From an uncultured Bacilli bacterium (GTDB lineage: Bacteria; Bacillota_I; Bacilli_A; RF39; UBA660), in the NCBI GenBank assembly GCA_934130105.1, contig CAKOXL010000003.1, forward strand, positions 2,406 through 66,405: a stretch of 64,000 bases of DNA, read 5' to 3'. The position numbers and the translations under genes were made by a program. This document shows positions 34,597-45,949 of this stretch, piece by piece; position 1 is the stretch's first letter, and the number at the start of each line of letters is the position of its first letter. The notes beneath the pieces were generated by a model. The model ran no database searches. It had not been told where the DNA came from and saw nothing but the letters and a program-made list of their open reading frames with translations.

Positions 34597-35817
34597 TTAT
34601 TTGCTAATCTTAGCTTTAGAACCTTTCATTCCTTTTAAGCCACCAAGCTCAGTAAAGCCTTTTAATATATTAGTGTCAAATGAATGTGTTTTTGCCACTC
34701 TCTTTTTATAATCACGGATACCAATATTTATCATATCATCTAAAAGCTCTGTATATTCTTTACCAGTTGGTTCCCATAAATAAAATGATAATGAACCAGG
34801 AATATTATTAACTTCATTTATATAAACTTTCTTTGACTTAGTATCAATTAAAAAGTCAATTCTAACTACCCCACTAGAGCCTAGTGCTTTAAAGGCATCA
34901 ATCGCAACTTTTTCCACTTCTTCTTTCATCTTGTCATCAAGTGGTGCTGGTATTATACGATTTGCTGATACCATTCCCTTAGAAGTCTTAAACTTGCCAC
35001 CAAGCTTACCTTTTGATTTACTACTTCCAATATATTTATCTTCATATGTTAAAAATTTATTAGAAGAAATTACTTGCTCAATAGCACTTACTTGTTGATT
35101 TTCATAGTTTCCTAAAACGCTAATATTTACTTCCATTAAATTTTCTACTAATTTTTCTACTACTATTTTATGATCATATTTAATAGCATCTTCAACTGCC
35201 ACTTTGGCTTCTTCCTGATTAGCAGCCGTTTTAATTCCAACACTACTACCTAGTGTAGCTGGCTTTACAATAACTGGATAACCCAATTTTTTAATATTAG
35301 ATAAAATGCTATCTGAATCTTCTTCATATTCATTATCATAGAACCAAATATATTTACATACAGGAATATTTTGAGATTCAAAAATCTCTTTCATGAACAA
35401 TTTATCCTGACCAACAACAGATGAATATACATCACCACCAACAAATGGTATACCTATTGACTCTAAATATCCTTGAAGAACACCATCTTCTACATTAGTT
35501 CCATGAACTATTGGAAATGCCATGTCAATTTCTTTTACTGTTTGCTTAAATCCTCTTTTATTTTGTAAAACAAAGTGACCATTTTTTTCATATAAAACTA
35601 CATTTTTAGCATATCTTTTAATTAATGATAAGTCACTATATGTCTCTATTTCCTTTAACATTTCCCCTGTATACCACTGTCTATCCTTAGTAATATATAT
35701 TGGAATAATTTCATACTTTTCACTATCCATTTTATTCATAGCCTGAATAGCTGAAATAATACTTACTTCATGTTCAACACTTTCTCCACCAAAAATAACA
35801 CCTAATCTAATTTTCAT
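34597..35817 (-). CDS. ddl: D-alanine--D-alanine ligase (long form)
   Basis: N-terminal VIFGGESVEHEVSIISA, then an ATP-grasp domain (PVIVKPATLGSSVGI, INEVNNIPGSLSFYLWE). An alternative start at 35826 is possible. Confidence 0.85.
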   Translation of the reverse strand: MKIRLGVIFGGESVEHEVSIISAIQAMNKMDSEKYEIIPIYITKDRQWYTGEMLKEIETYSDLSLIKRYAKNVVLYEKNGHFVLQNKRGFKQTVKEIDMAFPIVHGTNVEDGVLQGYLESIGIPFVGGDVYSSVVGQDKLFMKEIFESQNIPVCKYIWFYDNEYEEDSDSILSNIKKLGYPVIVKPATLGSSVGIKTAANQEEAKVAVEDAIKYDHKIVVEKLVENLMEVNISVLGNYENQQVSAIEQVISSNKFLTYEDKYIGSSKSKGKLGGKFKTSKGMVSANRIIPAPLDDKMKEEVEKVAIDAFKALGSSGVVRIDFLIDTKSKKVYINEVNNIPGSLSFYLWEPTGKEYTELLDDMINIGIRDYKKRVAKTHSFDTNILKGFTELGGLKGMKGSKAKISK

Positions 35818-35829
35818 TACATTCAACTC

Positions 35830-37425
35830 CTATTCATTATAACTATCCGGTAAATCATTTTCAAATAAAACATACATGTCTTCTTTTTTCTTTAACGTTT
35901 GTAATAGATTATATGCATCATAAACACTGTTTACAATAAATAATTTATCTTTATTATAACCACTTTCATTAATTCCTTCAAATATTGGTCGTGTTTTCTT
36001 TTCACCAACTAAAATAATATAATCACTAACAGCTGCAATTTGGGTTCCAAAAATATGATTAAGTTCATCTTCTTTTTCTCCAAGCTCTGTCATACCAGGC
36101 GTAACTACCACTTTAACACCAGGCATCATATTTAAAACATCAAGTGCAGATTTTGCACCAACTGGATTTGAATTATAAGCATCATCTATCATGTACATAT
36201 ATCCAAGATCTCTTAATTCAAGTCTATGTTCAATCGTTCTAACCTTTCTAACTCCCTGCTGTAATTCCTTAATACTGATTCCAAATTCACGTCCTAAAGC
36301 TATACCAGCTAATATATTGTAAATGTTGTGATTACCTAATAATTTAGTTTCAAACAAATATTCATTACTATCACCTTTAAATGAAACACTAAATTTACTA
36401 CCCTTATTATCACATTTAATATTATACGCTCTAACATCAGCATTTTTATCTTCGATACCAATCCATATTTTTTTACATTTACTCTTTATATTATAAGAAA
36501 CTTGTTTAGGATCATCAATATTTAAAACAGCTACACCATCATCAGGTAAACTTTCAATAAGTTCAAATTTAGTTTTAACTATATTTTCAGTACTACCAAA
36601 AGTTTCTAAATGGGCAAGTCCAATTCTAGTTAAAATTCCATACTTAGGATGTACCATATCACATAAGGCTTTGATTTCACCTTTTTTATAAGCACCCATT
36701 TCTGCGATAAAAACATCATCGAATTTATCTAAATAGTTATTGATTGTAATCATAAGACCATATTCAGTATTTAAATTTTTAGGTGTAGGTCTAGAAATAT
36801 ATTTAACATTCAAAATATCATTTAATATATTTTTACTACTTGTCTTACCATAACTACCTGTAATACCAACAACCTTTAAATTATTCATGCTTTTTAATTT
36901 ATTTTTTGCCTTTACTTCATAATATTTATAAACCAATTTTTCAATCGGAGTATTACATACCTTTGCAATTAATATAACTATATAACTAAAATAAGTAATA
37001 ACTGATTCCACTAAAATAAACAGCTTACCATTTTGACTATCTAGTAAATAAATAATAGCTGGTAAAGTAAATAAAATAACGATAGTAAATATCAATCTTT
37101 TTATACGCTTAGTTATTACTAATGGTTTTTTTACTCTTTCACATTTACGATTATTTACAATGCGAACTGTTTCTAAAGCATAAAATACCAATGCAATTAC
37201 AAGTAAGACATTATATAAACTATTATCCAATACATATGCTATTATAATTATCAATGTAGCCAATAAATCAAGTGTCAAAAAAATACTCTTAAAATTTTTG
37301 ATAATCCATTTAACATAACGATTATTTTCATTATATAAATTTTGTTGTAACATATGTAAAGCTTTTTTATTCTTAAAAATATTAAATATTAATATAAGTA
37401 AAAAACTAATGGTGTATATATTCAT
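35830..37425 (-). CDS. murF: MurF-like Mur ligase with an N-terminal polytopic membrane domain
   Basis: Mur ligase P-loop GITGSYGKTS at about residue 190, central and C-terminal domains (DDAYNSNP, VVTPGMTELG). The first 165 or so residues form 4-5 hydrophobic helices where the usual soluble MurF N-domain would be. The symbol is tentative. Confidence 0.65.
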   Translation of the reverse strand: MNIYTISFLLILIFNIFKNKKALHMLQQNLYNENNRYVKWIIKNFKSIFLTLDLLATLIIIIAYVLDNSLYNVLLVIALVFYALETVRIVNNRKCERVKKPLVITKRIKRLIFTIVILFTLPAIIYLLDSQNGKLFILVESVITYFSYIVILIAKVCNTPIEKLVYKYYEVKAKNKLKSMNNLKVVGITGSYGKTSSKNILNDILNVKYISRPTPKNLNTEYGLMITINNYLDKFDDVFIAEMGAYKKGEIKALCDMVHPKYGILTRIGLAHLETFGSTENIVKTKFELIESLPDDGVAVLNIDDPKQVSYNIKSKCKKIWIGIEDKNADVRAYNIKCDNKGSKFSVSFKGDSNEYLFETKLLGNHNIYNILAGIALGREFGISIKELQQGVRKVRTIEHRLELRDLGYMYMIDDAYNSNPVGAKSALDVLNMMPGVKVVVTPGMTELGEKEDELNHIFGTQIAAVSDYIILVGEKKTRPIFEGINESGYNKDKLFIVNSVYDAYNLLQTLKKKEDMYVLFENDLPDSYNE

Positions 37426-37434
37426 AAATACCTC

Positions 37435-38157
37435 CTACAAAAAATTATATAGTATATTAATAACTTGTGGTAAAGCTTCTAAATAAGCATAGTGAGTGCA
37501 ACCAGGTAGTTCAACAAGGCCACCATCAATTAAAAGACTCTCAAGTTTTCTTGCATCACTTATTGGTGCTTCAGTATCCAGTGTACCCCATATTAACAAA
37601 GTAGGACATTTTATTTTTTTTGCATATTCACTTAAATCTTCATTAATTACATTTACCAACGTTTCCCTCATAATAGGTGATGCTTTTCGATAATCGTAAG
37701 AACCAACATATTTTTTGGCATATTCACCGACTTTATTTAAACCAGGAATCTTTTTAGCCGTTTTAAAGATACATTCCTTGATTGATCTCTTCTTATTTCT
37801 AACACAGGGACTGCCAAATAAAACTAACTTTTCAACACTATTTCTTGATGCATAAACTATGGCAACACGACCACCAAACGAATGGCCCATCACAATAGGT
37901 CTATTAATATTAAGTTGACTTAATAATTCTTCTAATATTTCTACATAATCATATATTGTTAAACTAGTCTTTGGTTCATCACTTTCACCAAAACCAGGAA
38001 AATCAAGAATTGTTATATGATAATTTAATAATTTATCACCAAGTGGCATCATCATCTCAATGTTTTGACCCCAACCATGTAAAAGAACAATATCTCTACC
38101 ATCTTCCTTACCATATTGTATGTAATTAACTTCTATATTTCTAATGATTTTTTTCAT
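37435..38157 (-). CDS. Alpha/beta-fold hydrolase
   Basis: HG oxyanion motif VLLHGWG, nucleophile elbow GHSFGG, and C-terminal CTHYAYLE (His). Confidence 0.7.
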   Translation of the reverse strand: MKKIIRNIEVNYIQYGKEDGRDIVLLHGWGQNIEMMMPLGDKLLNYHITILDFPGFGESDEPKTSLTIYDYVEILEELLSQLNINRPIVMGHSFGGRVAIVYASRNSVEKLVLFGSPCVRNKKRSIKECIFKTAKKIPGLNKVGEYAKKYVGSYDYRKASPIMRETLVNVINEDLSEYAKKIKCPTLLIWGTLDTEAPISDARKLESLLIDGGLVELPGCTHYAYLEALPQVINILYNFL

Positions 38158-38238
38158 TGTACCACCAAAAAAAGTATATCACCAAATAAAGCATCATACA
38201 ATTAAAATAAACGTTTTCATGTCAAATATAGTAAAAAT

Positions 38239-38979
38239 TTATTTTAACAATTTATAAAACCTTTCCTCATTTAACTTACTATTTTGTGAATCGTAAAATT
38301 CTACGTTACCATTACTAGAAGAAGATAAAAGTTTTTTTTCGTTAAGTAAATTCATTAACCTCTTAGCAACACCATAACCACCATCAAAAAATACAACATT
38401 TCCTAATATATTAGTAATTTCCTTTTTTATAAGTGGATAATGTGTACATCCAAGTACAACTACGTCTATATCATGATAATCTTTTAAAAGTAAATCTAAA
38501 TATTCACCTATATTCTTACTATTTCCTTGTTCAATAAGATAAGCTAACTTAGGACAGGCAAGAAGTGTTGTATTATCATTATTATAACGATTATAAAGAG
38601 CTAAAAATTTATCACTGTTAATCGTTGCAGGTGTTGCCATAACCAATATTTTTTTATTTTTTTGATAATCATAAGCCATTTTATAAGCTGGCTCTATTCC
38701 AATAATAATTAAATTACTATATTTTTTTCTAACATCTTCTATTACTAATGCAGTAGCAGTATTACATGCAAAAACAACAGCCTTACAATTTCTAGAAACA
38801 AAATATTTTATAATTTCTAAAACGTACGACAACACTTCTTCCTTAGACTTTTCACCATATGGATTATGTAAAGAATCACTATAATAAATATAATTTTCAT
38901 TAGGTAAAATTTTTAATATTTCCTTTAAAACGGTAACTCCACCAATTCCAGAATCAAAAATACCAATTGGATAATTCAT
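38239..38979 (-). CDS. murI: Glutamate racemase
   Basis: IGIFDSGIGG, FACNTA, LGCTHYP. The start at 38979 is preceded by AGGGGTGA. Confidence 0.9.
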   Translation of the reverse strand: MNYPIGIFDSGIGGVTVLKEILKILPNENYIYYSDSLHNPYGEKSKEEVLSYVLEIIKYFVSRNCKAVVFACNTATALVIEDVRKKYSNLIIIGIEPAYKMAYDYQKNKKILVMATPATINSDKFLALYNRYNNDNTTLLACPKLAYLIEQGNSKNIGEYLDLLLKDYHDIDVVVLGCTHYPLIKKEITNILGNVVFFDGGYGVAKRLMNLLNEKKLLSSSSNGNVEFYDSQNSKLNEERFYKLLK

Positions 38980-39212
38980 ACCATCACCCCTATTCATATA
39001 CAATAATTTATGCAAATAAAACTAAAGCTTTCACTTTAGTTTTTACAAAATTATTTATAATTTTTCTAACTTTCATACCTTTTCTTACTTAAATACATTG
39101 AATAAGAAATTGCGTGATTTTATAATCAACATTACTTTTTAAGTTTGTTCTAAAACCATTTTAATTTGTAAAGCTACTAACATCATGATCAATGGAATTT
39201 GCTTAATTAAAA

Positions 39213-39944
39213 TTAGGCATTAACTAATTGAAAAATGATAATCAAAATAGAAACTATTGAAAGTACAATTGTTGCTTGCGCTTTTCCTCTTTTACGAGTT
39301 TTTAAACCTTGTGAAGCAAAATAGAAATTTAAAATATATATAATTATTCCATAAGTCACTCCAACAAAAGAACATATCAACCCAAATAATGATAACCAAA
39401 AACCAACTTCACACATTTTTTCTTGTTTCTTTGTAGTCTCATTTTGAAATGTTTGTGTGAACTGATTTACATTTTGAACTGGTTGTGCTTGCTGAGTGAA
39501 TTGTTGATTTACTGGTTGTTGATAATTATTTTGAACTGGCTGTTGATAATTATTTTGATTTAATGGCTGACCTGTGGTGGGGTCAAAATTCATTTGATTA
39601 TTGTTCATATTTACTCCTCCATTATTTAATTTATCAATTTCTTGAAACAGTGTATTTAAAGAATTTCTATAATTCATAGCCGTCATATTAAGACTATTTT
39701 GTTCTATTGGAGCTTCGCCAAACACTCCTTTAAACCATGCATAAATGGTAAGTACTTGTCCTGATATTGAATAATTAAAATATCTATATCCTTGTACCAT
39801 TGCATCACCTGCTCTATAAAATTGTTCTCCATCTTTTTGCTGTAATTCATATTGATTACCTTGAATATAGCTTTGAATTAAACTATTTACTAAATTTGGA
39901 TCACAACTTAATTGAAAAGTATATGTACTTCTTCCTTTTTTCAT
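39213..39944 (-). CDS. Hypothetical protein: soluble N-domain, Gln/Asn-rich linker with QQPVQNNYQQPV repeats, and two C-terminal TM helices
   Basis: RBS AGGAGGTG. The domain layout was read from the translation. No recognisable family. Confidence 0.5.
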   Translation of the reverse strand: MKKGRSTYTFQLSCDPNLVNSLIQSYIQGNQYELQQKDGEQFYRAGDAMVQGYRYFNYSISGQVLTIYAWFKGVFGEAPIEQNSLNMTAMNYRNSLNTLFQEIDKLNNGGVNMNNNQMNFDPTTGQPLNQNNYQQPVQNNYQQPVNQQFTQQAQPVQNVNQFTQTFQNETTKKQEKMCEVGFWLSLFGLICSFVGVTYGIIIYILNFYFASQGLKTRKRGKAQATIVLSIVSILIIIFQLVNA

Positions 39945-40395
39945 CTCGCACCTCCTAATAGATATAAAAAGTCTTACTAATATACCCTATGATATCATTA
40001 TAACACATCTTGCTCAAATATACCGAAGAAAATTAAATATAACGAATGTAGAGTTACAATTAATATAAGACCCTTTATATACAGAAATAGCGATCGGTCT
40101 TATCAATCAAACATTTTAATAAGAAATAACGTATCATTTTGACTAATATATCACATTATCCTATAGTTTAAATATCAAATATAAATGAAATCTTACTTAA
40201 AACTATCTATAACATTCCAACACAATCATTAAACTTGCCTTCTCCCTTAGAAATGAGACAAAAAATTATAGAAAAAAACAATATTCAATAATTACATAAT
40301 AACTATATCATATTGCATTTACTTTTTTATAAATTTTGTTTCACATCATTTACAATTATACATTATATTTACTTTACGTAAATAAAGTGGTTGAA

Positions 40396-41034
40396 TTAAC
40401 TTAAAAAATCATCTACACTCTTTTTAATTTTGTCTAATTCATAGCCAAAAGCAAGACAAGTATTCCATCCACATTTCTTTGCAGCCAAAATATTTTGATA
40501 ATCATCATCTATAAATAAAATATCTTCTGGCTTTACTTTTAAATCGTCTAAAACATATTTATATATTTTTTCATCTGGTTTTCTCATACCAATTTCAAAC
40601 GATAAATAAACATAATCAAATTTACTTAAATCATACTGATCATTTATCCTTTTCTTATCAAAATACATCAAATTAGACAAAATAGCAATTTTGCATCTAC
40701 TTTTTAAAGAATGTGCATAATCAACAACATCTTTATAATATTTAACTGCTTTAAATTCTTCCTCATATAAATTGATAAAATCTTCATAGGCAATATTAAT
40801 TCCTAAACTTTTTTGTAAAAAATCAACATACCTTTTTACTTCTTTTAAATCAGATACAGTGCCAATATTAACTCCATCAGGTGTTTTATTTACCCATTTA
40901 CTTAGGATTTCTTCATCAGACAAACTACTGTCAATTCTTTTAATCATTCTAATTTTAGCATCATTTAAATCTTTCATGTCACATTCATGACTTTCTACGA
41001 TTCCGCCCCAATCAAATATTACAACTTTATTCAT
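40396..41034 (-). CDS. HAD-superfamily hydrolase (subfamily IA, YihX-like)
   Basis: Motif I VVIFDWGGIV (DxG variant as in YihX-type phosphatases), motif III K in MRKPD, motif IV LFIDDD. Confidence 0.65.
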   Translation of the reverse strand: MNKVVIFDWGGIVESHECDMKDLNDAKIRMIKRIDSSLSDEEILSKWVNKTPDGVNIGTVSDLKEVKRYVDFLQKSLGINIAYEDFINLYEEEFKAVKYYKDVVDYAHSLKSRCKIAILSNLMYFDKKRINDQYDLSKFDYVYLSFEIGMRKPDEKIYKYVLDDLKVKPEDILFIDDDYQNILAAKKCGWNTCLAFGYELDKIKKSVDDFLS

Positions 41035-41107
41035 CAATAATTCCTCCACCCTTAATTACTTTTTAAACTAATACTATAATAACACAAAGATATTAAAGAA
41101 ATACAAT

Positions 41108-44100
41108 TTAGAATAAAGTCATCTGACTAGATTCTGGTAAATCTTTTAAAATACCCATAATACGCATTTTATCAATTAACGTCTGCGATATCTTAGCACG
41201 TTTTTGTAAATCTTCAACACTTAAAAATTCTTTATTTTGTCTTTCAGCTACAATGTTTTGAGCAACAGTATCACCAAGTCCATCAATTGAATTAAATGGT
41301 GGATATATTTCTGTATCACTTGCTGCCTTCCAAACAGTAGCCTCACTTTTATATAAATCTACATTCAAGAATTTAATACCACGAGCACTAGCTTCTAACG
41401 CAATCTTTAAACTTTCAAGTTGGCCATTTTCCTTATTAGTTGCTTCATAACCTTTTTCTTTGATATCCATAATACGATTTTTAATTGGAGTATAACCACC
41501 TATCATAGCTTCGATATCAACATCTGTTGCTTTAGAAGAATACCATGAAGCATAAAAATATACTGGCATATGAACCTTATACCATGCAATTCTAAAAGCA
41601 CTAATAACATAAGCTGCGGCATGCGCTTTTGGGAACATATATTTAATCTTACGACAAGATTCAATGAACCACTCTGGAATATCTGCTTCTCTCATTGTTT
41701 CTACATGACTTTTCCAAGTTTCTGGATCTTTACTAGCTTTTCCTTTACGAACAAACTCCATAATTTTGAAAGCTTTAATAGGTTTTACGCCATGATACAT
41801 TAAATAAACCATAATATCATCACGACAGCCAATTGTTTCTTTAAATGGTACTTGAATATTACCATTCTCATCTGGAGTACATAAATCTTTAGCATTACCA
41901 AGCCATACATCAGTACCATGTGACAAACCTGATATTTTAATAAGTTCGGCAAAGGTTGTTGGCTTAGTATCTTCAACTAACTGAATCGTAAATGGTGTAC
42001 CAAATTCAGGGATACCTAAAGTACCCGTATTACACATAATTTCTTCTTTTGTAACTCCAAGAGCTTTAGTTGATGTAAAAATACTCATAGTTTCCTTATC
42101 ATCAAGTGGAACCTTCATAATATCAGTACCAGACTGTAGTTGAATCAAACGAAGTTGTGTAGGATCAGAATGACCTAAAATATCTAGTTTTAACACACAC
42201 TCTTCAATAGAGTGATAATCAAAATGGGTTGTTCTCCAAGCTGATGTTGGATCTTCTGCTGGAAATTGGAATGGCGTAAAGTCAAAACAATCTTTATAAT
42301 CCGGAATAACGACAATACCACCAGGATGTTGGCCGGTTGTTCTTTTAACACCTGTACAGCCAATAGCTAAACGCTCAACTTCAGCAGTACGCATATTCAT
42401 AATACCCTTATCCTCTAAATAACCCTTTACAAAACCAAAAGCTGTTTTATCAGCAACAGTACCAATAGTACCAGCACGATAAACATTATCTTTACCAAAT
42501 AGTACCTTTGTATAAGCATGGGTAGAAGCTTGATTTAAATCGGAAAAGTTTAAGTCAATATCAGGTACTTTATCTGCATTGAATCCTAAGAAAGTAGCGA
42601 ATGGCATATCTTGTCCATCTTTTAAAAGTGGAATATGACAATTAGGACACTCTTTATCTGGTAAATCAAAACCTGAAGAATAAGTAGCACCAAGTGAATT
42701 ACCATCTTCATCTTCAAAAATACTAAGTTTACACTTACTACAACGGTAGTGAGCTGATAACGGATTAACTTCTGTAATTCCCATCATGGTAGCTACGAAA
42801 CTAGATCCAACGGAACCACGGGAACCAACTAGATACCCTTCATCATTAGAGTGCTTAACAAGTCTTTGGGCAATTAAGTAAATAGGGTCAAATCCAGCAC
42901 CAATAACGCCACCTAAAGAAGCCTTTAGTTTTTTCTCTAAGCTATCATCATCTAACTCTTCTTCACTTGTTTCTTTTAAATACTTTCTAACCTGATTAAA
43001 AACACTATCCCTACCATTTACGATTACCTCATGAAGCCTTTTAAAAGATTCTACTTTTAATTCTTCACCTTCTAAATCTTTTAAATCATATTTAATAGAA
43101 GTTAAAACAATATCACCATAAAGCTCAGTTCCTAATCTTTCTTCAATTGAATAAGGTAAAGGATCTCCATACCAATCATTAGCCTTAGTATAAACTAAGT
43201 CTGTAACTACTCTAGGACAATCCAAATAACTCTTTTCATCATCACTTTTAACACGTGGTGAAAATGGCGTTCCACCAGTATCAGGAATAACCTCTATTTC
43301 ATCTACCATATCTAAAACCTTATTGGTGTTTTCTACAACTATTTTGTAAGCTAAATCTTTATCAAGGAAAGAAAAGTCATTTAACATTTCTTCTGTTGTT
43401 CTAAAATGCTGTGATGGAATAGAAGTAATATCCTTTTTCGCTAAAGGGTGTCTTCCACCACCTGGCACTTTTTGATTTACGATAATTTCACGATAAATCT
43501 TATCTCCTCTTTCAAAATGATGAACATCACCTGTTGCAACAATAATTTTACCAGCATCCATTGTGGCATTAATAATTTTTATTAAATGATTTTTTAATTC
43601 CTTATCGTCTTTAAAATCACCCATTTGTAGTAAATGATCATATACTTCAGGAGGTTGTACTTCTACATAATCATAAAAGTTAATAACATTGGTTAATTCT
43701 TCCCCCTCTTTACTTCTAGCTTCTGTAAATACTTCTGATTCATAACAACCACTACCAATTAAAAGTCCTTCTCTTAATTCGTTCAATTTACTTCTTAAAA
43801 TACGTGGCGTTTTATATAAATAAGTAGTATTAGCAAGTGAAATAATCTTAAATAAATTTTTAAGTCCTACTTGGTTTAAGGCAATTGCATTAAAGTGGAA
43901 AGTTCGACCAAATTTATAAATTTCATCTTTAGAAACTAGTTTCTCTAAATCACTAATTTTTTCAAACTTTTGCATCTCTAGTTTCTTTAACATTTTACTA
44001 AATACATAGGCAGTTCCCTCAGCATCATAATCTGCTCTATGGTGGGCATCCTCTTCCCAAGGTACATCATATCTTTTAACAAGAGCTGATAAAGAATGTC

Positions 44101-45895
44101 TACTAAACCCTTGATCTAGGGTACGAGAAAGTTCTAAGGTATCAATAACTGTATTTTGAAACTCTCCTAAATTATACTTTTTCATAGCCATCTCAATAAA
44201 TGAAATATCAAACTTTGCATTATGAGCAACCATTGGTAAATTACCAGTCCACTCTAAGAACATTTTTGTAACTTCTTCTTCTGATTTTTTTCCTCTTACC
44301 ATATCATCTGTAATACAAGTAAGTTCAGTAATTTTATCTGGAATGTGTCTTTTTGGATCTATCAATTCATCAAAACGATCAATAATTTCGCCATCTTTAA
44401 TCTTAACGGCACCAATTTCAATCATCTGGTCAGCGCCACCTGCATTAAAACCGGTTGTTTCTGTATCGAAAACTACATAAGTATTATGAAGTAAATCATC
44501 ATCAGTTGGTCTTACTACAATATTAACGACATCATCTACTAGTGTTAATTCAGTACCATAAAGTCCTTTAAAAATAGGAGGATTTTTTAACTCTTCTTTT
44601 TTCTGTTCTAATTCGTTCGAAAGTTCTAATTTAACATTTTCATCTGTTTCTTCACTAATTTTTGTCTCTAACTCTTCTATCTTTTCCTTTATCTTTTTAC
44701 GAACACCTTTATTATGACCTTTAATAATACCAAAGGAAATAGGAAATGCTTGACAGCCATTATGATCTGTAATTGCAACTCCTCTATATCCCATTTGAAT
44801 GGTGCGTTCTACTAATTCACAAGTATGTTTTCCCAAATCAAGTTTGGTAACGCCATCCATTTGACTCATCATAGTATGGGCATGAAGTTCAACTCTTTTA
44901 ACTGGTGCATTATCTTCTATCTTGTTTGTCTCTTTATTTACAATATTAATATCTCTAGCATTTAATACTAATTCTTTAGAAAATTGATCATTTTTAGTAT
45001 ATCCGCGTATAATAAACCATTTTCCATCTTTTAAAGTTTTTTTCTTAGTATTAAAATCCTCTTCACCACGGCAAAAAACTTTACAGTAAATACTATCAGA
45101 ATAATCTGTAATTTTTAAAGTAATAATTTTAAAATCCGTTTTACTAGATTCAAAATAATCTACTCCAAAAACATAACCCTCAACAGTAATAGGATCCATC
45201 TCACCTACTATATTCTTAATTTGGGTAGGAGTATCATTAATTGTTCTACCAACAATAGCATTTGGATTATCATCTTTCTTTTCTTTATGAAAATTGTTAT
45301 TATAATTACCATTATTACTACGATAATTACTTTTTTCTGTATCAGTTGAAGTATTAGTATCAATGGTAATATCCTTTTTTATATCATTTAAATCAGAAAG
45401 AATCGCATTTTTTATAGAATTATCTTTTTCTGGATTTAAAAATATATCAAGTGGTGTATCAAATCCTGCTAAAAATAAAATATAATTTAACTTAGGTAAT
45501 ATTTGCTGTAACTGTTTTTCTTCTTCATTATTACTTACTTCTATTTTAAAGTCATCAATTATTAAATTATCATTAAAAATACTAGAAAAAAGTAAAATAT
45601 CTCTACATTTTTCTAAAGCATATAAATAATAATCATTCAACTTACTTAAATCTTTATTACTAGCTACTACTTGAATATAAACACTCTTTACATTACGAAA
45701 AGCATTATCAGATAACTCAACTAAAGTCTTATAGTCATCAACATCAAGCGTACTTTCACTGTTAAGTACAAACGTCCAACTTCCATTTTTTTCGTTAACT
45801 TTAACTTTCTCAAGTGTAATTCCACTTAATTTATTTCTAGTATTACTATCTAAATTAATCTGATCAAATAAGATATTTATTTTATTTTCTTTCAT
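41108..45895 (-). CDS. polC: DNA polymerase III alpha subunit PolC (Gram-positive type, with 3'-5' exonuclease)
   Basis: PHP VELHAHTMMSQMDG, exonuclease VVFDTETTG...HNAKFDISF, and a polymerase core. The low-complexity insert near the N-terminus makes it longer than typical PolC. The start at 45895 follows GGGGGTAG. Confidence 0.92.
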   Translation of the reverse strand: MKENKINILFDQINLDSNTRNKLSGITLEKVKVNEKNGSWTFVLNSESTLDVDDYKTLVELSDNAFRNVKSVYIQVVASNKDLSKLNDYYLYALEKCRDILLFSSIFNDNLIIDDFKIEVSNNEEEKQLQQILPKLNYILFLAGFDTPLDIFLNPEKDNSIKNAILSDLNDIKKDITIDTNTSTDTEKSNYRSNNGNYNNNFHKEKKDDNPNAIVGRTINDTPTQIKNIVGEMDPITVEGYVFGVDYFESSKTDFKIITLKITDYSDSIYCKVFCRGEEDFNTKKKTLKDGKWFIIRGYTKNDQFSKELVLNARDINIVNKETNKIEDNAPVKRVELHAHTMMSQMDGVTKLDLGKHTCELVERTIQMGYRGVAITDHNGCQAFPISFGIIKGHNKGVRKKIKEKIEELETKISEETDENVKLELSNELEQKKEELKNPPIFKGLYGTELTLVDDVVNIVVRPTDDDLLHNTYVVFDTETTGFNAGGADQMIEIGAVKIKDGEIIDRFDELIDPKRHIPDKITELTCITDDMVRGKKSEEEVTKMFLEWTGNLPMVAHNAKFDISFIEMAMKKYNLGEFQNTVIDTLELSRTLDQGFSRHSLSALVKRYDVPWEEDAHHRADYDAEGTAYVFSKMLKKLEMQKFEKISDLEKLVSKDEIYKFGRTFHFNAIALNQVGLKNLFKIISLANTTYLYKTPRILRSKLNELREGLLIGSGCYESEVFTEARSKEGEELTNVINFYDYVEVQPPEVYDHLLQMGDFKDDKELKNHLIKIINATMDAGKIIVATGDVHHFERGDKIYREIIVNQKVPGGGRHPLAKKDITSIPSQHFRTTEEMLNDFSFLDKDLAYKIVVENTNKVLDMVDEIEVIPDTGGTPFSPRVKSDDEKSYLDCPRVVTDLVYTKANDWYGDPLPYSIEERLGTELYGDIVLTSIKYDLKDLEGEELKVESFKRLHEVIVNGRDSVFNQVRKYLKETSEEELDDDSLEKKLKASLGGVIGAGFDPIYLIAQRLVKHSNDEGYLVGSRGSVGSSFVATMMGITEVNPLSAHYRCSKCKLSIFEDEDGNSLGATYSSGFDLPDKECPNCHIPLLKDGQDMPFATFLGFNADKVPDIDLNFSDLNQASTHAYTKVLFGKDNVYRAGTIGTVADKTAFGFVKGYLEDKGIMNMRTAEVERLAIGCTGVKRTTGQHPGGIVVIPDYKDCFDFTPFQFPAEDPTSAWRTTHFDYHSIEECVLKLDILGHSDPTQLRLIQLQSGTDIMKVPLDDKETMSIFTSTKALGVTKEEIMCNTGTLGIPEFGTPFTIQLVEDTKPTTFAELIKISGLSHGTDVWLGNAKDLCTPDENGNIQVPFKETIGCRDDIMVYLMYHGVKPIKAFKIMEFVRKGKASKDPETWKSHVETMREADIPEWFIESCRKIKYMFPKAHAAAYVISAFRIAWYKVHMPVYFYASWYSSKATDVDIEAMIGGYTPIKNRIMDIKEKGYEATNKENGQLESLKIALEASARGIKFLNVDLYKSEATVWKAASDTEIYPPFNSIDGLGDTVAQNIVAERQNKEFLSVEDLQKRAKISQTLIDKMRIMGILKDLPESSQMTLF

Positions 45896-45949
45896 TTGTA
45901 CACTACCCCCAGCAAGTAAATACACCTTTTAAATCTAGCAACTATAATA

